In this document: positions 19,559 through 29,446 of the stretch, piece after piece
Layout of the letters: each line of letters begins with the position of its first letter
How positions within the stretch are numbered: the stretch's first letter is position 1
Assembly (NCBI GenBank): GCA_050174015.1
Contig: JBFXKG010000002.1
Location: forward strand, 160,001 to 224,000
Origin: Candidatus Krumholzibacteriia bacterium
Lineage (GTDB): Bacteria > Krumholzibacteriota > Krumholzibacteriia > LZORAL124-64-63
Direction: 5' to 3'
DNA length: 64,000 bases
Made by a program: the position numbers and the translations under genes
The notes under the pieces: generated by a model
What the model was told of the DNA's origin: nothing
Databases searched by the model: none
What the model saw: the letters and a program-made list of their open reading frames with translations, nothing else

Positions 19559-21841
19559 TCAACGCACCAGGCTCAGGATTCTGACCTGCTCCCAGCCGTC
19601 GCAGCGGATCCGGCAGAGGTAGAGGCCCGAGGGAACCGGCCTCCCTCGGGCGTCCCGGGCGTCCCAGACCACCGTACCGGTTCCCGCGGGCGCCCGGCCA
19701 TTCAACAGGGTCCTCACCGCCCGGCCCCGGGGGTCGAAGACGTCCACCAGGATCCCGGCCCCCTCGTAGGGGACCGCGAAGGTCAACGTCACCCGGGCAT
19801 TGAAGGGATTGGGGTGGCCGGCCAGCACCAGGTCGAAGGGGGCAGGGGGAGCGGCCGAGGGATCGCCTGCGGACACCGGATCGCTTTCCCGGCCATCGGT
19901 GTCCACCACCGTGAGCTGGTAGAACCAGGTGCCCGGGGCGGGGTCGTGGTAGGAGGTCTGCAGGCTGACGGCCAGCAGGGTGCCCGGCTGGGGGGGCGTG
20001 GCGGGATCGGCGGCACGGTACAGGGCGAAGTGGGAGAAGTTCGCCAGGGGCGACGGATGCCAGCCGAGATCGTGGCCTCCCGAGGCCGCCGGCTCCGCCC
20101 AGAATCCCGTCGGAGGGGCCGGCTGGAGGTTGTTGACGGAGTAGCCGCTGTCCACGGGGGAATCGAAGAAGACCGCGGCGTTGCCGGTCCGCGCCCGGAC
20201 GAAGAAGGCCGTCCAGGCCGTGCCTGCGGAGCTGGAGTCCGCGAGGGTGGGGGCGACCAGGGAGTACTGCAGTTCCCCGTCCGCGGGGACGGTGGCCAGG
20301 TAGTCCCAGCTGCCGGGGGGATAGGCCTTCCCGGGTGGGAAACGGCGATAGAGGGAATATTCGGTGACCTGATCGGCGGCTCCGACGGTGTCGTGCGGGC
20401 TGGAGGCCCAGGTGACCCGCACCTGGAGGCCTTCGTCGCCGGGGATGTCGGCGACGCCGAGGATCTCGGCGGAGTCGAGCAACCACTCGTACTGGAGGGA
20501 GACCCGGCGCAGGATGGGTCCGGGATAAGGGCCGGTCTGGTGCAAGGTGGCCCGCCAGCGGAAGTCCGCGCCGGGAACGGCGAATTCGGTCCAGGATCCG
20601 TCGGGGGGTGAAGGGGTCCAGGTCGCCCCTCCGTCCACCGAGAGCTGGAAGGAGACCGAGTCGGTGAAGTCGGCGGTCAGGGCCGCCCGGGCTACGGGGT
20701 CGCTTCCCGAGTTGACGTTCAGGGAGCGGGCCTGGTTGTTCAGCGGGTCGAGGCCGAGGGGATCGGCGGAGAATCCCTTGATGCCTTCCACCCCGTCGCA
20801 AAGCCAGGCCGGCCCGCTCGCCAGGGAGGTGTGATAGGCCTCGCCGGCCGTGTCGGAGCGGGCCAGGATCGCGAGTTGGGCGGGGTCGGAGCCGTCGACC
20901 AGGTAGAGCCCGCCGGAGCCGGAGGCCACGTACACCGTGTCCCCCCGCACCGTGGCGTGGCGGCAGGTTCCCATCAGGGTCAGGGAGTCCAGCAGGCCTG
21001 GGAAAGCGGGATCGGTCAGGTCCACGGTGAGCAGGCCCGCCGTCCCGGCGGCCAGATAGGCGACGTTCCCTGTGACCGTCACGTCCAGAACGGTTCCCTC
21101 GGTGTCGAGGTTGGCGGCGAAGACCGGGTCGTCGGGCACGGAGACGTCCAGGATGGTCAGGCCCGCCGCACCGTCGGCCACGGCCAGATACTGGCCCGTG
21201 ACGGCGATCCCCCGGGCCCAGTCCAGGGTGGAGACATCCCTCACGTGGACGGGGTTCTGGGGGTCGGAGACCCCGACCACGGCGACCCCGAGGTTGGACT
21301 GGGCGAGGTAGGCCCAGTTCCCCGCGACGGCCACGCCCGAGGCGAAACCCGGGACGTCGGCCACCCCGGCGGCCACGAGGTTCGCCGGATCGCCGACCGA
21401 GAAGATCTGCAGGCCGGCCGCCCCGATGGCCAGGTAGGCGTGGTCTCCGGCAAGGTCGATGTCCCTGGCCTGGTCGGCGGTCGTTCCGGTGTCGACCAGC
21501 AGGGGGGAGTCGGGGTCGGCGATGGCGAAGCTCAAAAGCCCTCCGCTGCCGTCGGCGACCAGCAGGTGGCCGGCGGCGAGGGCTCCGGCGAAGGCGTTGC
21601 CGGGGGTGTTGTACACCCCGCGGGGGTCCAGGCCCAGGGGATGGAGCCGGACCTCGCCGGTGACGGTATCCCAGTCGGCCGTGGTCCAGGCCGGATCCTG
21701 GTCCAGGGTCGTGACGAAGATCTCGTCGAACCGGTCGCCGGCCGCGAGGGCCGCCGCTGGAAGGTGAAAGGCCAGGACCGCCAGAACCGCCCCGAACGGG
21801 ATCAAGGTTCCGCCGGCCGGGCGCCGACTTTGCTTTTTCAT
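19559..21841 (-). CDS. Secreted LVIVD-repeat (beta-propeller) protein with C-terminal FlgD-type Ig domain
   Basis: Signal peptide; repeats of AYLA.G..GL.I.DVSDP..P; C-terminal HPNPFNA...VFDPRGRAVRTL...WDARD..G..VPSGLYL. Confidence 0.85.
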   Translation of the reverse strand: MKKQSRRPAGGTLIPFGAVLAVLAFHLPAAALAAGDRFDEIFVTTLDQDPAWTTADWDTVTGEVRLHPLGLDPRGVYNTPGNAFAGALAAGHLLVADGSGGLLSFAIADPDSPLLVDTGTTADQARDIDLAGDHAYLAIGAAGLQIFSVGDPANLVAAGVADVPGFASGVAVAGNWAYLAQSNLGVAVVGVSDPQNPVHVRDVSTLDWARGIAVTGQYLAVADGAAGLTILDVSVPDDPVFAANLDTEGTVLDVTVTGNVAYLAAGTAGLLTVDLTDPAFPGLLDSLTLMGTCRHATVRGDTVYVASGSGGLYLVDGSDPAQLAILARSDTAGEAYHTSLASGPAWLCDGVEGIKGFSADPLGLDPLNNQARSLNVNSGSDPVARAALTADFTDSVSFQLSVDGGATWTPSPPDGSWTEFAVPGADFRWRATLHQTGPYPGPILRRVSLQYEWLLDSAEILGVADIPGDEGLQVRVTWASSPHDTVGAADQVTEYSLYRRFPPGKAYPPGSWDYLATVPADGELQYSLVAPTLADSSSAGTAWTAFFVRARTGNAAVFFDSPVDSGYSVNNLQPAPPTGFWAEPAASGGHDLGWHPSPLANFSHFALYRAADPATPPQPGTLLAVSLQTSYHDPAPGTWFYQLTVVDTDGRESDPVSAGDPSAAPPAPFDLVLAGHPNPFNARVTLTFAVPYEGAGILVDVFDPRGRAVRTLLNGRAPAGTGTVVWDARDARGRPVPSGLYLCRIRCDGWEQVRILSLVR

Positions 21842-21980
21842 GACAAACCCCCGATCCTTGGGCCATTCTAGGCCGGGGGGTCGGCAGCGTCAACCGACCT
21901 CCCTGGTTCCGGCTCCCAGGTGGGGCGGGCTTGCGGGCCGTCCTCATCGAGGGCGGTGAACGAACCCCCCGGAGGCGTCC

Positions 21981-22724
21981 ATGGATCGGTTGCAGGACCT
22001 GATCAGCTCAGCCGAACGGGTGGCGGTCTTCACGGGGGCCGGCGTCTCGACCCTGTGCGGCATCCCGGATTTCCGCAGCCCGGGCGGCATCTATTCCCGG
22101 GTCGATCCCGACCGGATCTTCGCCATCGACGAGTTCCGCAGGGATCCTTCCTATTTCTACACCGAGGCGCGGGAATTCATCTACGGTCTGGGGGACAAGC
22201 AGCCGGGGCCGGTGCACCGGGTCTGCGCGGAACTCGAGCGACGGGGCCTCTGCACCGGGATCATCACCCAGAACATCGACATGCTGCACCAGAAGGCCGG
22301 CGCCCGCAGGGTCATCGAACTGCACGGCAGCCCGGCCGGCCATACCTGCCTCGGTTGCGGGGCCCGAACCGGGTTCGCCGAGATCGCGGTGGTCGTCCGC
22401 CGCGGTGAAGTGCCCCGCTGCCCGGCCTGCGGCGGAGTGCCCAAGCCCGACATCACCTTCTTCGGCGAGATGCTGCCTCCCGGCGCCCTCGAGGATGCCT
22501 TCGCCCTGGCGGGGGCGGCCGACCTGCTGCTGGTTCTGGGCTCGTCCCTGCTGGTCCACCCGGCGGCGGGAGTGCCGGTGGCGACGCTGCAGGCGGGAGG
22601 CAGGATCGCCGTCGTCAACCGGGAACCCACGCCCCTGGACCGTCACGCCGTATTCCGGGCCACTGACCTCGCCGGGGAATTCGCAGCCCTCGGCCTCTGG
22701 CTGGGACTGGAGGAAGTCTCTTGA
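21981..22724 (+). CDS. cobB: Sir2-family NAD-dependent protein deacylase
   Basis: TGAGVS..GIPDFRS, TQNIDMLH, ELHGS, two CxxC pairs and GSSL. Confidence 0.92.
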   Translation: MDRLQDLISSAERVAVFTGAGVSTLCGIPDFRSPGGIYSRVDPDRIFAIDEFRRDPSYFYTEAREFIYGLGDKQPGPVHRVCAELERRGLCTGIITQNIDMLHQKAGARRVIELHGSPAGHTCLGCGARTGFAEIAVVVRRGEVPRCPACGGVPKPDITFFGEMLPPGALEDAFALAGAADLLLVLGSSLLVHPAAGVPVATLQAGGRIAVVNREPTPLDRHAVFRATDLAGEFAALGLWLGLEEVS

Positions 22725-23959
22725 ATGATGAGCCCAGGACCCCCGGGGCGGCCGGGAACGACGCCGTCCGCACCCGCTTCCTGATCGACCTCGGGCGTGC
22801 CCTGCACGAGTACGGCCTGCCGGCCCACCGGCTGGAGGCGGCCCTGGGACAGGCGGCGGCCAGGCTCGGCATCAGGACCGAGATCCTCAGCACACCCACC
22901 TCCCTGACCCTGTCCTTCGGGGACCCGGGCAATCAGCACACCGCCATGTCGCGCGTGCAGCCGGCCGACCTGCAACTCGACAAGGTGGTGGCTCTCGATG
23001 AGGTGGTCCAGGCGGTCTACCGTTCCGAGCTGGGGGTGGAGGATGCGGTGACCAGGCTGGAGGCCATCCGCACCGCGCCGGTGCGCCACGGGCCGGTGCT
23101 GACCACCCTGGCCTTCGGGGTCGTCTCGGGGACGGCCGCCCGGTTCCTCGGAGGAGGCTGGCCGGAGATGGGGCTGGCGCTGGTCCTGGGATTCTCGAGC
23201 GGGCTGCTCGCCGTCCTGGCCGGGCGTTCGGTGACCGTGGCCCGGGTCTTCGAATTCACGGTGGCCCTCCTGGCCACCGTCCTGGCGCATGCGGTCGCCC
23301 GCCAGTTGCACCCGCTGGCCGCCAACCTGGTCGTGGTGGCCGGGCTGGTGATCCTGCTGCCGGGCCTGACCCTCACCCTCGCCATGAACGAGCTGGGAAC
23401 CGGGCACCTGGTCAGCGGGACCGCCCGTCTGACCGGGGCGCTGATGACCTTCTTCAAGATCGGGCTGGGGGTGGGGCTGGGAGGCCAGCTGGCGTCCCTG
23501 CTGCCGGGAGTCGCGGTCGACGTCGCGGCCGACACACCCGCCCCCTGGACCCTTTGGGTCTCCCTGCTGGCGACCCCGCCCGGCCTGGTCGTCCTGTTCC
23601 GCGCCCGCTGGGGGGAACTCGCCTGGATCACCGCGGGCGCCCTGGTGACCTTCTGGAGCGCGCGCCTGGCGGTCGGCCAGTTCGACGTCGGTCTGGGTTC
23701 GGTGGTGGGCGCGCTGACGGCCGGACTGGCGGGCAACCTCTACGCCCGCCTGCGGCACAGGCCGGCGGTCGTGGTGCTGGTCCCCTCGCTGATCCTGCTG
23801 GTACCCGGGACCATCGGCTACCGGAGCTTCTCCATGCTGCTGGCCAAGGACATCATGTCGGGAGTGGACAGCGCCTTCACGGTGATGCTGGTCGGGGTGT
23901 CCCTGGTCTCGGGCCTGCTGCTGGCCAACGTGCTCCTGCCGCCCCGGCACGAGCTGTGA
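22721..23959 (+). CDS. Threonine/serine exporter (ThrE family)
   Basis: N-terminal G.PAHRLE soluble segment, then about 10 TM helices with LLPG and LVPG motifs. Confidence 0.85.
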   Translation: MNDEPRTPGAAGNDAVRTRFLIDLGRALHEYGLPAHRLEAALGQAAARLGIRTEILSTPTSLTLSFGDPGNQHTAMSRVQPADLQLDKVVALDEVVQAVYRSELGVEDAVTRLEAIRTAPVRHGPVLTTLAFGVVSGTAARFLGGGWPEMGLALVLGFSSGLLAVLAGRSVTVARVFEFTVALLATVLAHAVARQLHPLAANLVVVAGLVILLPGLTLTLAMNELGTGHLVSGTARLTGALMTFFKIGLGVGLGGQLASLLPGVAVDVAADTPAPWTLWVSLLATPPGLVVLFRARWGELAWITAGALVTFWSARLAVGQFDVGLGSVVGALTAGLAGNLYARLRHRPAVVVLVPSLILLVPGTIGYRSFSMLLAKDIMSGVDSAFTVMLVGVSLVSGLLLANVLLPPRHEL

Positions 23960-24061
23960 CCGGGAATCCGGACTCAACCTGGAGGTTGATTTCCCGGGCG
24001 GCCATCCCTCATATTCGCCGGGTCGCGAACCGCCACCGTACCTCAGCCGAGGGAGCGCCCG

Positions 24062-25339
24062 ATGTTCTCAGCCGTCCGGAACGCCACCCGCCAGGTTCCG
24101 CCCGCCTACCGCTGGCTCGTGCTGGTGGTCATCAGCCTGGCCATGTTCGGCAACTACTACGTCTACGACAGCATCGCCCCCATCGCGGACCTGCTGAAGT
24201 CCGACCTGGGCTACTCCGACGCCGACATCGGCAGCCTGTATTCCATCTACAGCATCGCCGCGGTGATCGTCCTGCTGATCGGCGGCGTCGTGATCGACCG
24301 GTACGGGACCGTCAAGTCGACCATCTTCTTCGGGGCCCTGTGCTCGATCGCCGCCCTGTTGAACGCCTTCACCGAGAGCTTCACGGTGATGATGGCCGCC
24401 CGGTTCATCCTGGGGCTGGGCGCCGAACCCTTGATCGTGGCCATCACCACGGCCCTGGCCAAGTGGTTCAAGGGGCGGGAGCTGAGCTTCGCGTTCGGCA
24501 TCAACCTGACCATCGCCCGGCTGGGTTCGGTCGCCGCCGACTGGTCGCCCACCTGGGCCAGGTTCGCCTACGACAGCTGGCAGGGCCCCCTTCTGGTCTC
24601 CGCGGTCATCGGCGTGCTCTGCGTCATCTCCCCCCTGGGCTACGGGGCGATGGAGGCGAACGCCAGCCGCAGGTACGGGCTGGGCAGGGCGGGGTCCTCG
24701 GACAAGCTCACCTGGGGGGACCTGTTCCGCTTCGACCGGTCGTTCTGGTTCGTGGTGGCTCTCTGCGTCACCTTCTACTCGGCCATTTTCCCGTTCCGCA
24801 GCTTCGCCATCAAGTTCTTCATCGAGGCCTGGGGGATGACCCGCGAAGCCGCCGGACAGGCCAACAGCGTGCTGCCCCTGTCGGCGATGATCGTCACCCC
24901 GCTGTTCGGCCTGCTCGTGGACAAGATCGGTCGCCGCACCCACCTGATGTTCCTGGGCGCCTTCCTGCTGATGCCGGTCTACCTGCTGCTGGCCTACCGG
25001 CTGTTGCCCTTCGGGGTGCCCATCGCCCTGATGGGTGTGGCCTTCTCCCTGATCCCGGCGGTGATGTGGCCGGCGGTGGCCTACATCGTGGAGGAGAAGC
25101 GGCTGGGAACCGCCTATGCGGTGATGACGCTGGTCCAGCAGGTGGGCGTGGCCGGGATGAACTGGCTGATCGGCAAGACCAACGACATGGCCGGAGCCGG
25201 CCTGGAACATCCGGGCGGCTATGCCCCGGGGATGTGGATCTTCAGCGTCCTCGGCTTCCTGGCCCTCTTCTTCGCCTTCATGCTGATGCGGGCGGAAAAG
25301 GGCCCGGGCGGGCACGGGCTCGACACGATCAAGGCCTGA
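24062..25339 (+). CDS. MFS transporter (MFSD1-like)
   Basis: About 12 TM helices; GNYYVYD, GG..IDRYG, KWFKGRELSFAFG and DKIGRR. Confidence 0.88.
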   Translation: MFSAVRNATRQVPPAYRWLVLVVISLAMFGNYYVYDSIAPIADLLKSDLGYSDADIGSLYSIYSIAAVIVLLIGGVVIDRYGTVKSTIFFGALCSIAALLNAFTESFTVMMAARFILGLGAEPLIVAITTALAKWFKGRELSFAFGINLTIARLGSVAADWSPTWARFAYDSWQGPLLVSAVIGVLCVISPLGYGAMEANASRRYGLGRAGSSDKLTWGDLFRFDRSFWFVVALCVTFYSAIFPFRSFAIKFFIEAWGMTREAAGQANSVLPLSAMIVTPLFGLLVDKIGRRTHLMFLGAFLLMPVYLLLAYRLLPFGVPIALMGVAFSLIPAVMWPAVAYIVEEKRLGTAYAVMTLVQQVGVAGMNWLIGKTNDMAGAGLEHPGGYAPGMWIFSVLGFLALFFAFMLMRAEKGPGGHGLDTIKA

Positions 25340-25499
25340 CGGGGACCTGTCCGGTTCCCCGATGGGGGCGGCCGGCTCGCCGAGAAATCTCTGGCCCCGG
25401 GCGGACCCGTGCGGTATCCTGCCCCGGGCCAGGGAGACCCCATCAGCTCCCTGGTCCGTTTTCACGCGGCGCTGCCATCTCCCATACCGGAGGCGATCC

Positions 25500-27416
25500 A
25501 TGCAGAAAGGACACCCCAAGGGGTTAAAGGCCCTCTTCTTCACCGAGATGTGGGAAAGGCTCGGCTTCTACCTGATGCTGGGTATTCTCCTGCTCTACAT
25601 CACGGACACCGAACGAGGCGGCCTGGGCTTCTCGACGAAGCTCGCGGCCGAGATCTACGGCACCTACATGGCCTTCGTCTACTTCACTCCCTTCGTCGGG
25701 GGCATGATCGCCGACAGGTTCCTCGGCTTCCGCCGCTCGGTCTTCCTCGGCGGCCTGCTGATGGCCGCGGGCTACTTCTCCCTGGGCATCCGCAGCCTGC
25801 CCACCTTCTATGCGGGCCTGGCCCTGCTCTGCATCGGCAACGGTTTCTTCAAGCCGAACATCTCGGCCATGGTGGGCAACCTCTACGCCCCCGACGATCC
25901 GCGCCGGGATGCGGGGTTCAACATCTTCTACATGGGCATCAACATCGGCGCCTCGCTGTCGGCCCTGCTGTCCGCGCCCCTGCGCAACCTCTGGTCCTTC
26001 AACCTGGCGTTCACCGCGGCGGGAGTGGGACTGCTCATCGGCGTGGTGATCCTGACCATCAACTGGAAGCGCCTGGAGAAGGCCGATCGGCCCTCGGAGC
26101 GCAGCGCGGAGGACATCTCCTTCAAGCAGGTGGTCATGACCATCCTGGCGCCCGCGTTCGCCTTCGGCGTCATCGGCTACTTCGTGGGCCAGCAGATCGG
26201 CTTCGTGACCAGCACCATCGGGCCCATCACCTTCGGCTTCATCGTCGGCATGGTTCCGGTCATGTTCTACTTCTGGCTGCTGGTGCGGCGGGCCAATGCG
26301 GAGGAGAAGCCCGGCCTGGCCGCCCTCATCCCGGTCTTCGTGGCCGGCGGGGCCTTCTTCATGGTTCTGCACCTTTCCGGCGGTCTGATGACGGTCTTCG
26401 CCGAGCGGAACACCGACCGCCAGGCCGAGTGGATTCCCGCCTGGGCCGACTTCTACGCCCAGAAGGCCATGCCCAGTTATTACACCAATGCGGGCAAGGA
26501 TCTGCCCCGGCCGGACGAGCGCGTCCTGATCGACGTGGACGGACAGGGGGAGGCCATGTTCGGGGCCCGCATCCTCAGCAGCGACCTGGTCGCGCGGCTC
26601 GAGGGCCAGCCTGACCTGAGGGTGCTCGACAGCGACGAGACGGAGATCCCCGAGGACCGCCAGTTCCTGGTCTGCCAGGTCTTCGACCGCGACGACGTGG
26701 TCGTCAGCACGGATACCGACGCCCACGGCGTGGCCACGACCACGGTCAAGGTGGCCGACGGGGCCGAACTCAGGGACGAGGTCCTGGTGGTGCGCAACAT
26801 CGGGGGCCAGGAGGTTCCGGTGCTGCTGGTGACGCCCGAGACGCGCCTCGCCGTCTACGCCAACCGCGATCCGTCGGTGGCCACCCTCGCTCCCGGATCC
26901 TACGTGCGCCTGGTCAACGCCGAGATGCTCACCGGGCTCCTGAATCCCGTCTTCGTGGTGGTGATGACTCCGGTGGTCGTCTTCTTCTTCGGGTGGATGG
27001 CCACCCGCAAGCGCGCGGTCTCCACGGCCCGCAAGATCTTCCTGGGGATGGTCATCACCACGGTGGCCCTGCTGATCATGGCCTTCGGCGCCTACCTGGG
27101 CGACGACGGGGCCGCCAAGACCGCGATGATCTGGATGATCGTCTACTACCTGGTGATCACCATCGGCGAACTCTGCCTGTCGCCCATGGGCCTGTCCCTG
27201 GTGACCAAGCTGTCGCCCAAGCGGCTGGTCGGTCTGATGATGGGCGGCTGGTTCCTGTCCACCGCCATCGGGAACAAGCTCTCCGGCTTCATCAGCGGCC
27301 TCGAACCGGGCACGACCATGTTCGTGGTCCTGGCGGTTGCGATCCTGGGCGTTGCGATGTTCATTTTCGCCATGCTGCCGCGCCTGGACGCGGCCATCAA
27401 GAAGTACGGGGCCTGA
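25500..27416 (+). CDS. POT/PTR-family proton-dependent oligopeptide transporter with a large inserted soluble domain
   Basis: EMWERLGFY (ExxERF-like), GNGFFKPNIS, FYMGINIG and GELCLSP. ATG at 25500. Confidence 0.9.
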   Translation: MQKGHPKGLKALFFTEMWERLGFYLMLGILLLYITDTERGGLGFSTKLAAEIYGTYMAFVYFTPFVGGMIADRFLGFRRSVFLGGLLMAAGYFSLGIRSLPTFYAGLALLCIGNGFFKPNISAMVGNLYAPDDPRRDAGFNIFYMGINIGASLSALLSAPLRNLWSFNLAFTAAGVGLLIGVVILTINWKRLEKADRPSERSAEDISFKQVVMTILAPAFAFGVIGYFVGQQIGFVTSTIGPITFGFIVGMVPVMFYFWLLVRRANAEEKPGLAALIPVFVAGGAFFMVLHLSGGLMTVFAERNTDRQAEWIPAWADFYAQKAMPSYYTNAGKDLPRPDERVLIDVDGQGEAMFGARILSSDLVARLEGQPDLRVLDSDETEIPEDRQFLVCQVFDRDDVVVSTDTDAHGVATTTVKVADGAELRDEVLVVRNIGGQEVPVLLVTPETRLAVYANRDPSVATLAPGSYVRLVNAEMLTGLLNPVFVVVMTPVVVFFFGWMATRKRAVSTARKIFLGMVITTVALLIMAFGAYLGDDGAAKTAMIWMIVYYLVITIGELCLSPMGLSLVTKLSPKRLVGLMMGGWFLSTAIGNKLSGFISGLEPGTTMFVVLAVAILGVAMFIFAMLPRLDAAIKKYGA

Positions 27417-27501
27417 GGTTCCGTCCGACGATCCGGGCCCGCACCACCGCGGTGCGGGCCCTTGCCATAACCCGGATGGTGCCGGGGCGACGAGGTGTCC
27501 C

Positions 27502-28347
27502 TTGAAACGTGTGTTCTTCCTCTGGTTCGCGGCCTTCATCCTCACGGCCGCCTTCCTGGTCTGGCAGAAGATGTCCGGCCCGACCTATCCCGTGCGGGCC
27601 ACCCTCGGCGTCGACGGGATCGAGATTCCCATCGAACTGCTGAGGTCCGGCAGCATCAACGAGGATCTGCCGGTCTCCATCCCGGTGGCGGGTCTCACCG
27701 CGGCCGGCAGGGAGGTCTCCGGCGAAGTGACCTGGCGCCGCTATCCCACCCGGGACGAATGGCGGACCACGCCCCTGGTGCTCGAGGACGGCGTCCTGAA
27801 AGGGGTCTTGCCCCGGCAGCCCATGGCCGGCAAGCTCGAATACCGGGTGGATATCCGGTCGGGGACCTTCCACGGGGTGGTGCCCGGGAACGGGGAACAC
27901 GCCGTCGCCCGGTTCAAAGGCGACGTGCCCGGTCTGGTCCTGGTCTTCCACGTCACCTTCCTGGTCCTCGGCTTCCTGTTCTCGACGGGGGCGGGCCTGG
28001 AGGGGCTGACCGGGGGCCCCGCGTTGAAGACCCTCTCGCGGCTCTGTTTCTTCTGCCTGCTGGTGGGGGGGCTGATCCTGGGTCCCATCGTCCAGAAGTA
28101 CGCCTTCGACGCCTTCTGGACGGGCTGGCCGCTGGGCGAGGACTGGACCGACAACAAGCTCGCGGTCGGGGTGGCGCTCTGGCTGCTCGCCGTCTGGCGC
28201 ACCCGGCACGCCGAGCCCGGACGTCCTCGCGGCAAGTGGTTCGCCGTGCTGGCCATGATCGCCATCCTGGTGATCTTCGCCATCCCGCACAGCATCCACG
28301 GCTCGACCTACGATTACGCCACCGGGGAGCACATCCAGCGGATGTGA
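27502..28347 (+). CDS. Hypothetical membrane protein (N-terminal TM, soluble domain, 4 C-terminal TM)
   Basis: GAGGTG RBS before TTG 27502. Contains GPIVQKYAF..WTGWP..DWTDNK. Normal codon bias. Confidence 0.7.
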   Translation: MKRVFFLWFAAFILTAAFLVWQKMSGPTYPVRATLGVDGIEIPIELLRSGSINEDLPVSIPVAGLTAAGREVSGEVTWRRYPTRDEWRTTPLVLEDGVLKGVLPRQPMAGKLEYRVDIRSGTFHGVVPGNGEHAVARFKGDVPGLVLVFHVTFLVLGFLFSTGAGLEGLTGGPALKTLSRLCFFCLLVGGLILGPIVQKYAFDAFWTGWPLGEDWTDNKLAVGVALWLLAVWRTRHAEPGRPRGKWFAVLAMIAILVIFAIPHSIHGSTYDYATGEHIQRM

Positions 28348-28361
28348 TCCGGGCGGTGGGG

Positions 28362-29330
28362 TCAATCCTCCGGGACGCAGATGCCGCCCCGGGCGGCCAC
28401 GATGATGGTCTTGACCATGACCAGCATGATGGTCAGCGTGGTCAGGACCGTCATGACCAGCGCGGCGGTCTTGAAGACCGGCAGCTGGGACTCCTTGAAC
28501 ATCAGGAAGAGGCTGATGGTGAAGGCGGCCATGGGGAAGGTGTAGCCCCACCAGGAGACGAAGTAGGGGATGCGCCGGAACTGGTCGATCATGGTCAGCA
28601 GCATCAGCGCCGTGAAGACCCCGAAGTAGAACAGGATCCTGGCGAACGGGTCGAGCGATCCGGTCAGCTTCAGGTAGGAGATGAAGCCCACCGCCGGCGG
28701 GGCCGTGAGGATGAACAGGGTCGGCACCAGCTTCTGCGGCAGGGGGTCGTGGAAGAAGATGCGGTTGACGAAAACCGCCAGCAGCACGATCCAGTAGATG
28801 ATGCCGATGGCGAAGAAGAACCAGGACACCTCGGGATGGGCGAAGGCCACCCCGGCGATGGGCACGAGCAGCGGGCCAACCACGGGGATGAACCAGGCGG
28901 GATTGAAGGAATCGATCCTGTAGTGCTTGTGGAACCAGCCGTAAAGGATGACCAGCAGCAGGAACAGGTGCAGGGGGGCGCCGACCCACCAGAGGACGCG
29001 CGCCGGGGCGACCTGACCGATCTCCAGGTAGCCGATGCTGAGCAGGAGCAGGCAGATGCTGATCGCGGCGAAGAAGTTGATCCGGATGGGGTGCTGGAGC
29101 TCCGCTTTGACCTCGGCGGGATACCGGACGAGCTTGGCGGCGTAGACGGCCGCGACGAGGGCGAACCACGCCGTCACCCCGTACAGGAGCCACTGGCCGA
29201 CGGGCTGCCGGACGTGGTAGAAGTGCTGGAACTTGAGATAGACGATGGCCAGTCCGGCCAGGCCCATGACGGTCGGAAGCAGCGTGATGGGGAAGTACCT
29301 CAGGCGGGAACCCGAAGCCTCGTTGTTCAT
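28362..29330 (-). CDS. SLAC1/TehA (TDT) family anion channel
   Basis: VMGLAGL, HPIRINFF, NPAWFIPVVG, PTLFIL.APP and WWGYTFP. Confidence 0.9.
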   Translation of the reverse strand: MNNEASGSRLRYFPITLLPTVMGLAGLAIVYLKFQHFYHVRQPVGQWLLYGVTAWFALVAAVYAAKLVRYPAEVKAELQHPIRINFFAAISICLLLLSIGYLEIGQVAPARVLWWVGAPLHLFLLLVILYGWFHKHYRIDSFNPAWFIPVVGPLLVPIAGVAFAHPEVSWFFFAIGIIYWIVLLAVFVNRIFFHDPLPQKLVPTLFILTAPPAVGFISYLKLTGSLDPFARILFYFGVFTALMLLTMIDQFRRIPYFVSWWGYTFPMAAFTISLFLMFKESQLPVFKTAALVMTVLTTLTIMLVMVKTIIVAARGGICVPED

Positions 29331-29365
29331 GGGGATCCTCCCGGAATCGGGTCCGAACGAATTCA

Positions 29366-29379
29366 AAGTCAATTGACTT
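29366..29379. promoter_or_regulatory. Perfect 14-bp palindrome in the divergent promoter region (putative operator)
   Basis: AAGTCAATTGACTT is self-complementary and lies in an AT-rich gap between the TehA-like and DsrE-like genes. Confidence 0.5.
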
Positions 29380-29446
29380 GAAATATAGCCGGGCTTGACG
29401 TGGCGTCCAGTCCGTTTTGAAACCGGATTTCAGGACTGGAGGAAGC

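Noticed and set aside
20830..21620. Repetitive DNA suggesting a CRISPR array or tandem repeat
   Set aside because: The periodicity is protein-level LVIVD repeats with divergent DNA. There are no identical repeats with spacers and no cas genes.
21981..22724. Sir2 gene as part of an anti-phage system (Thoeris/DSR-type)
   Set aside because: It is a canonical CobB-type sirtuin with a zinc-binding module in a housekeeping context, with no defence partners.
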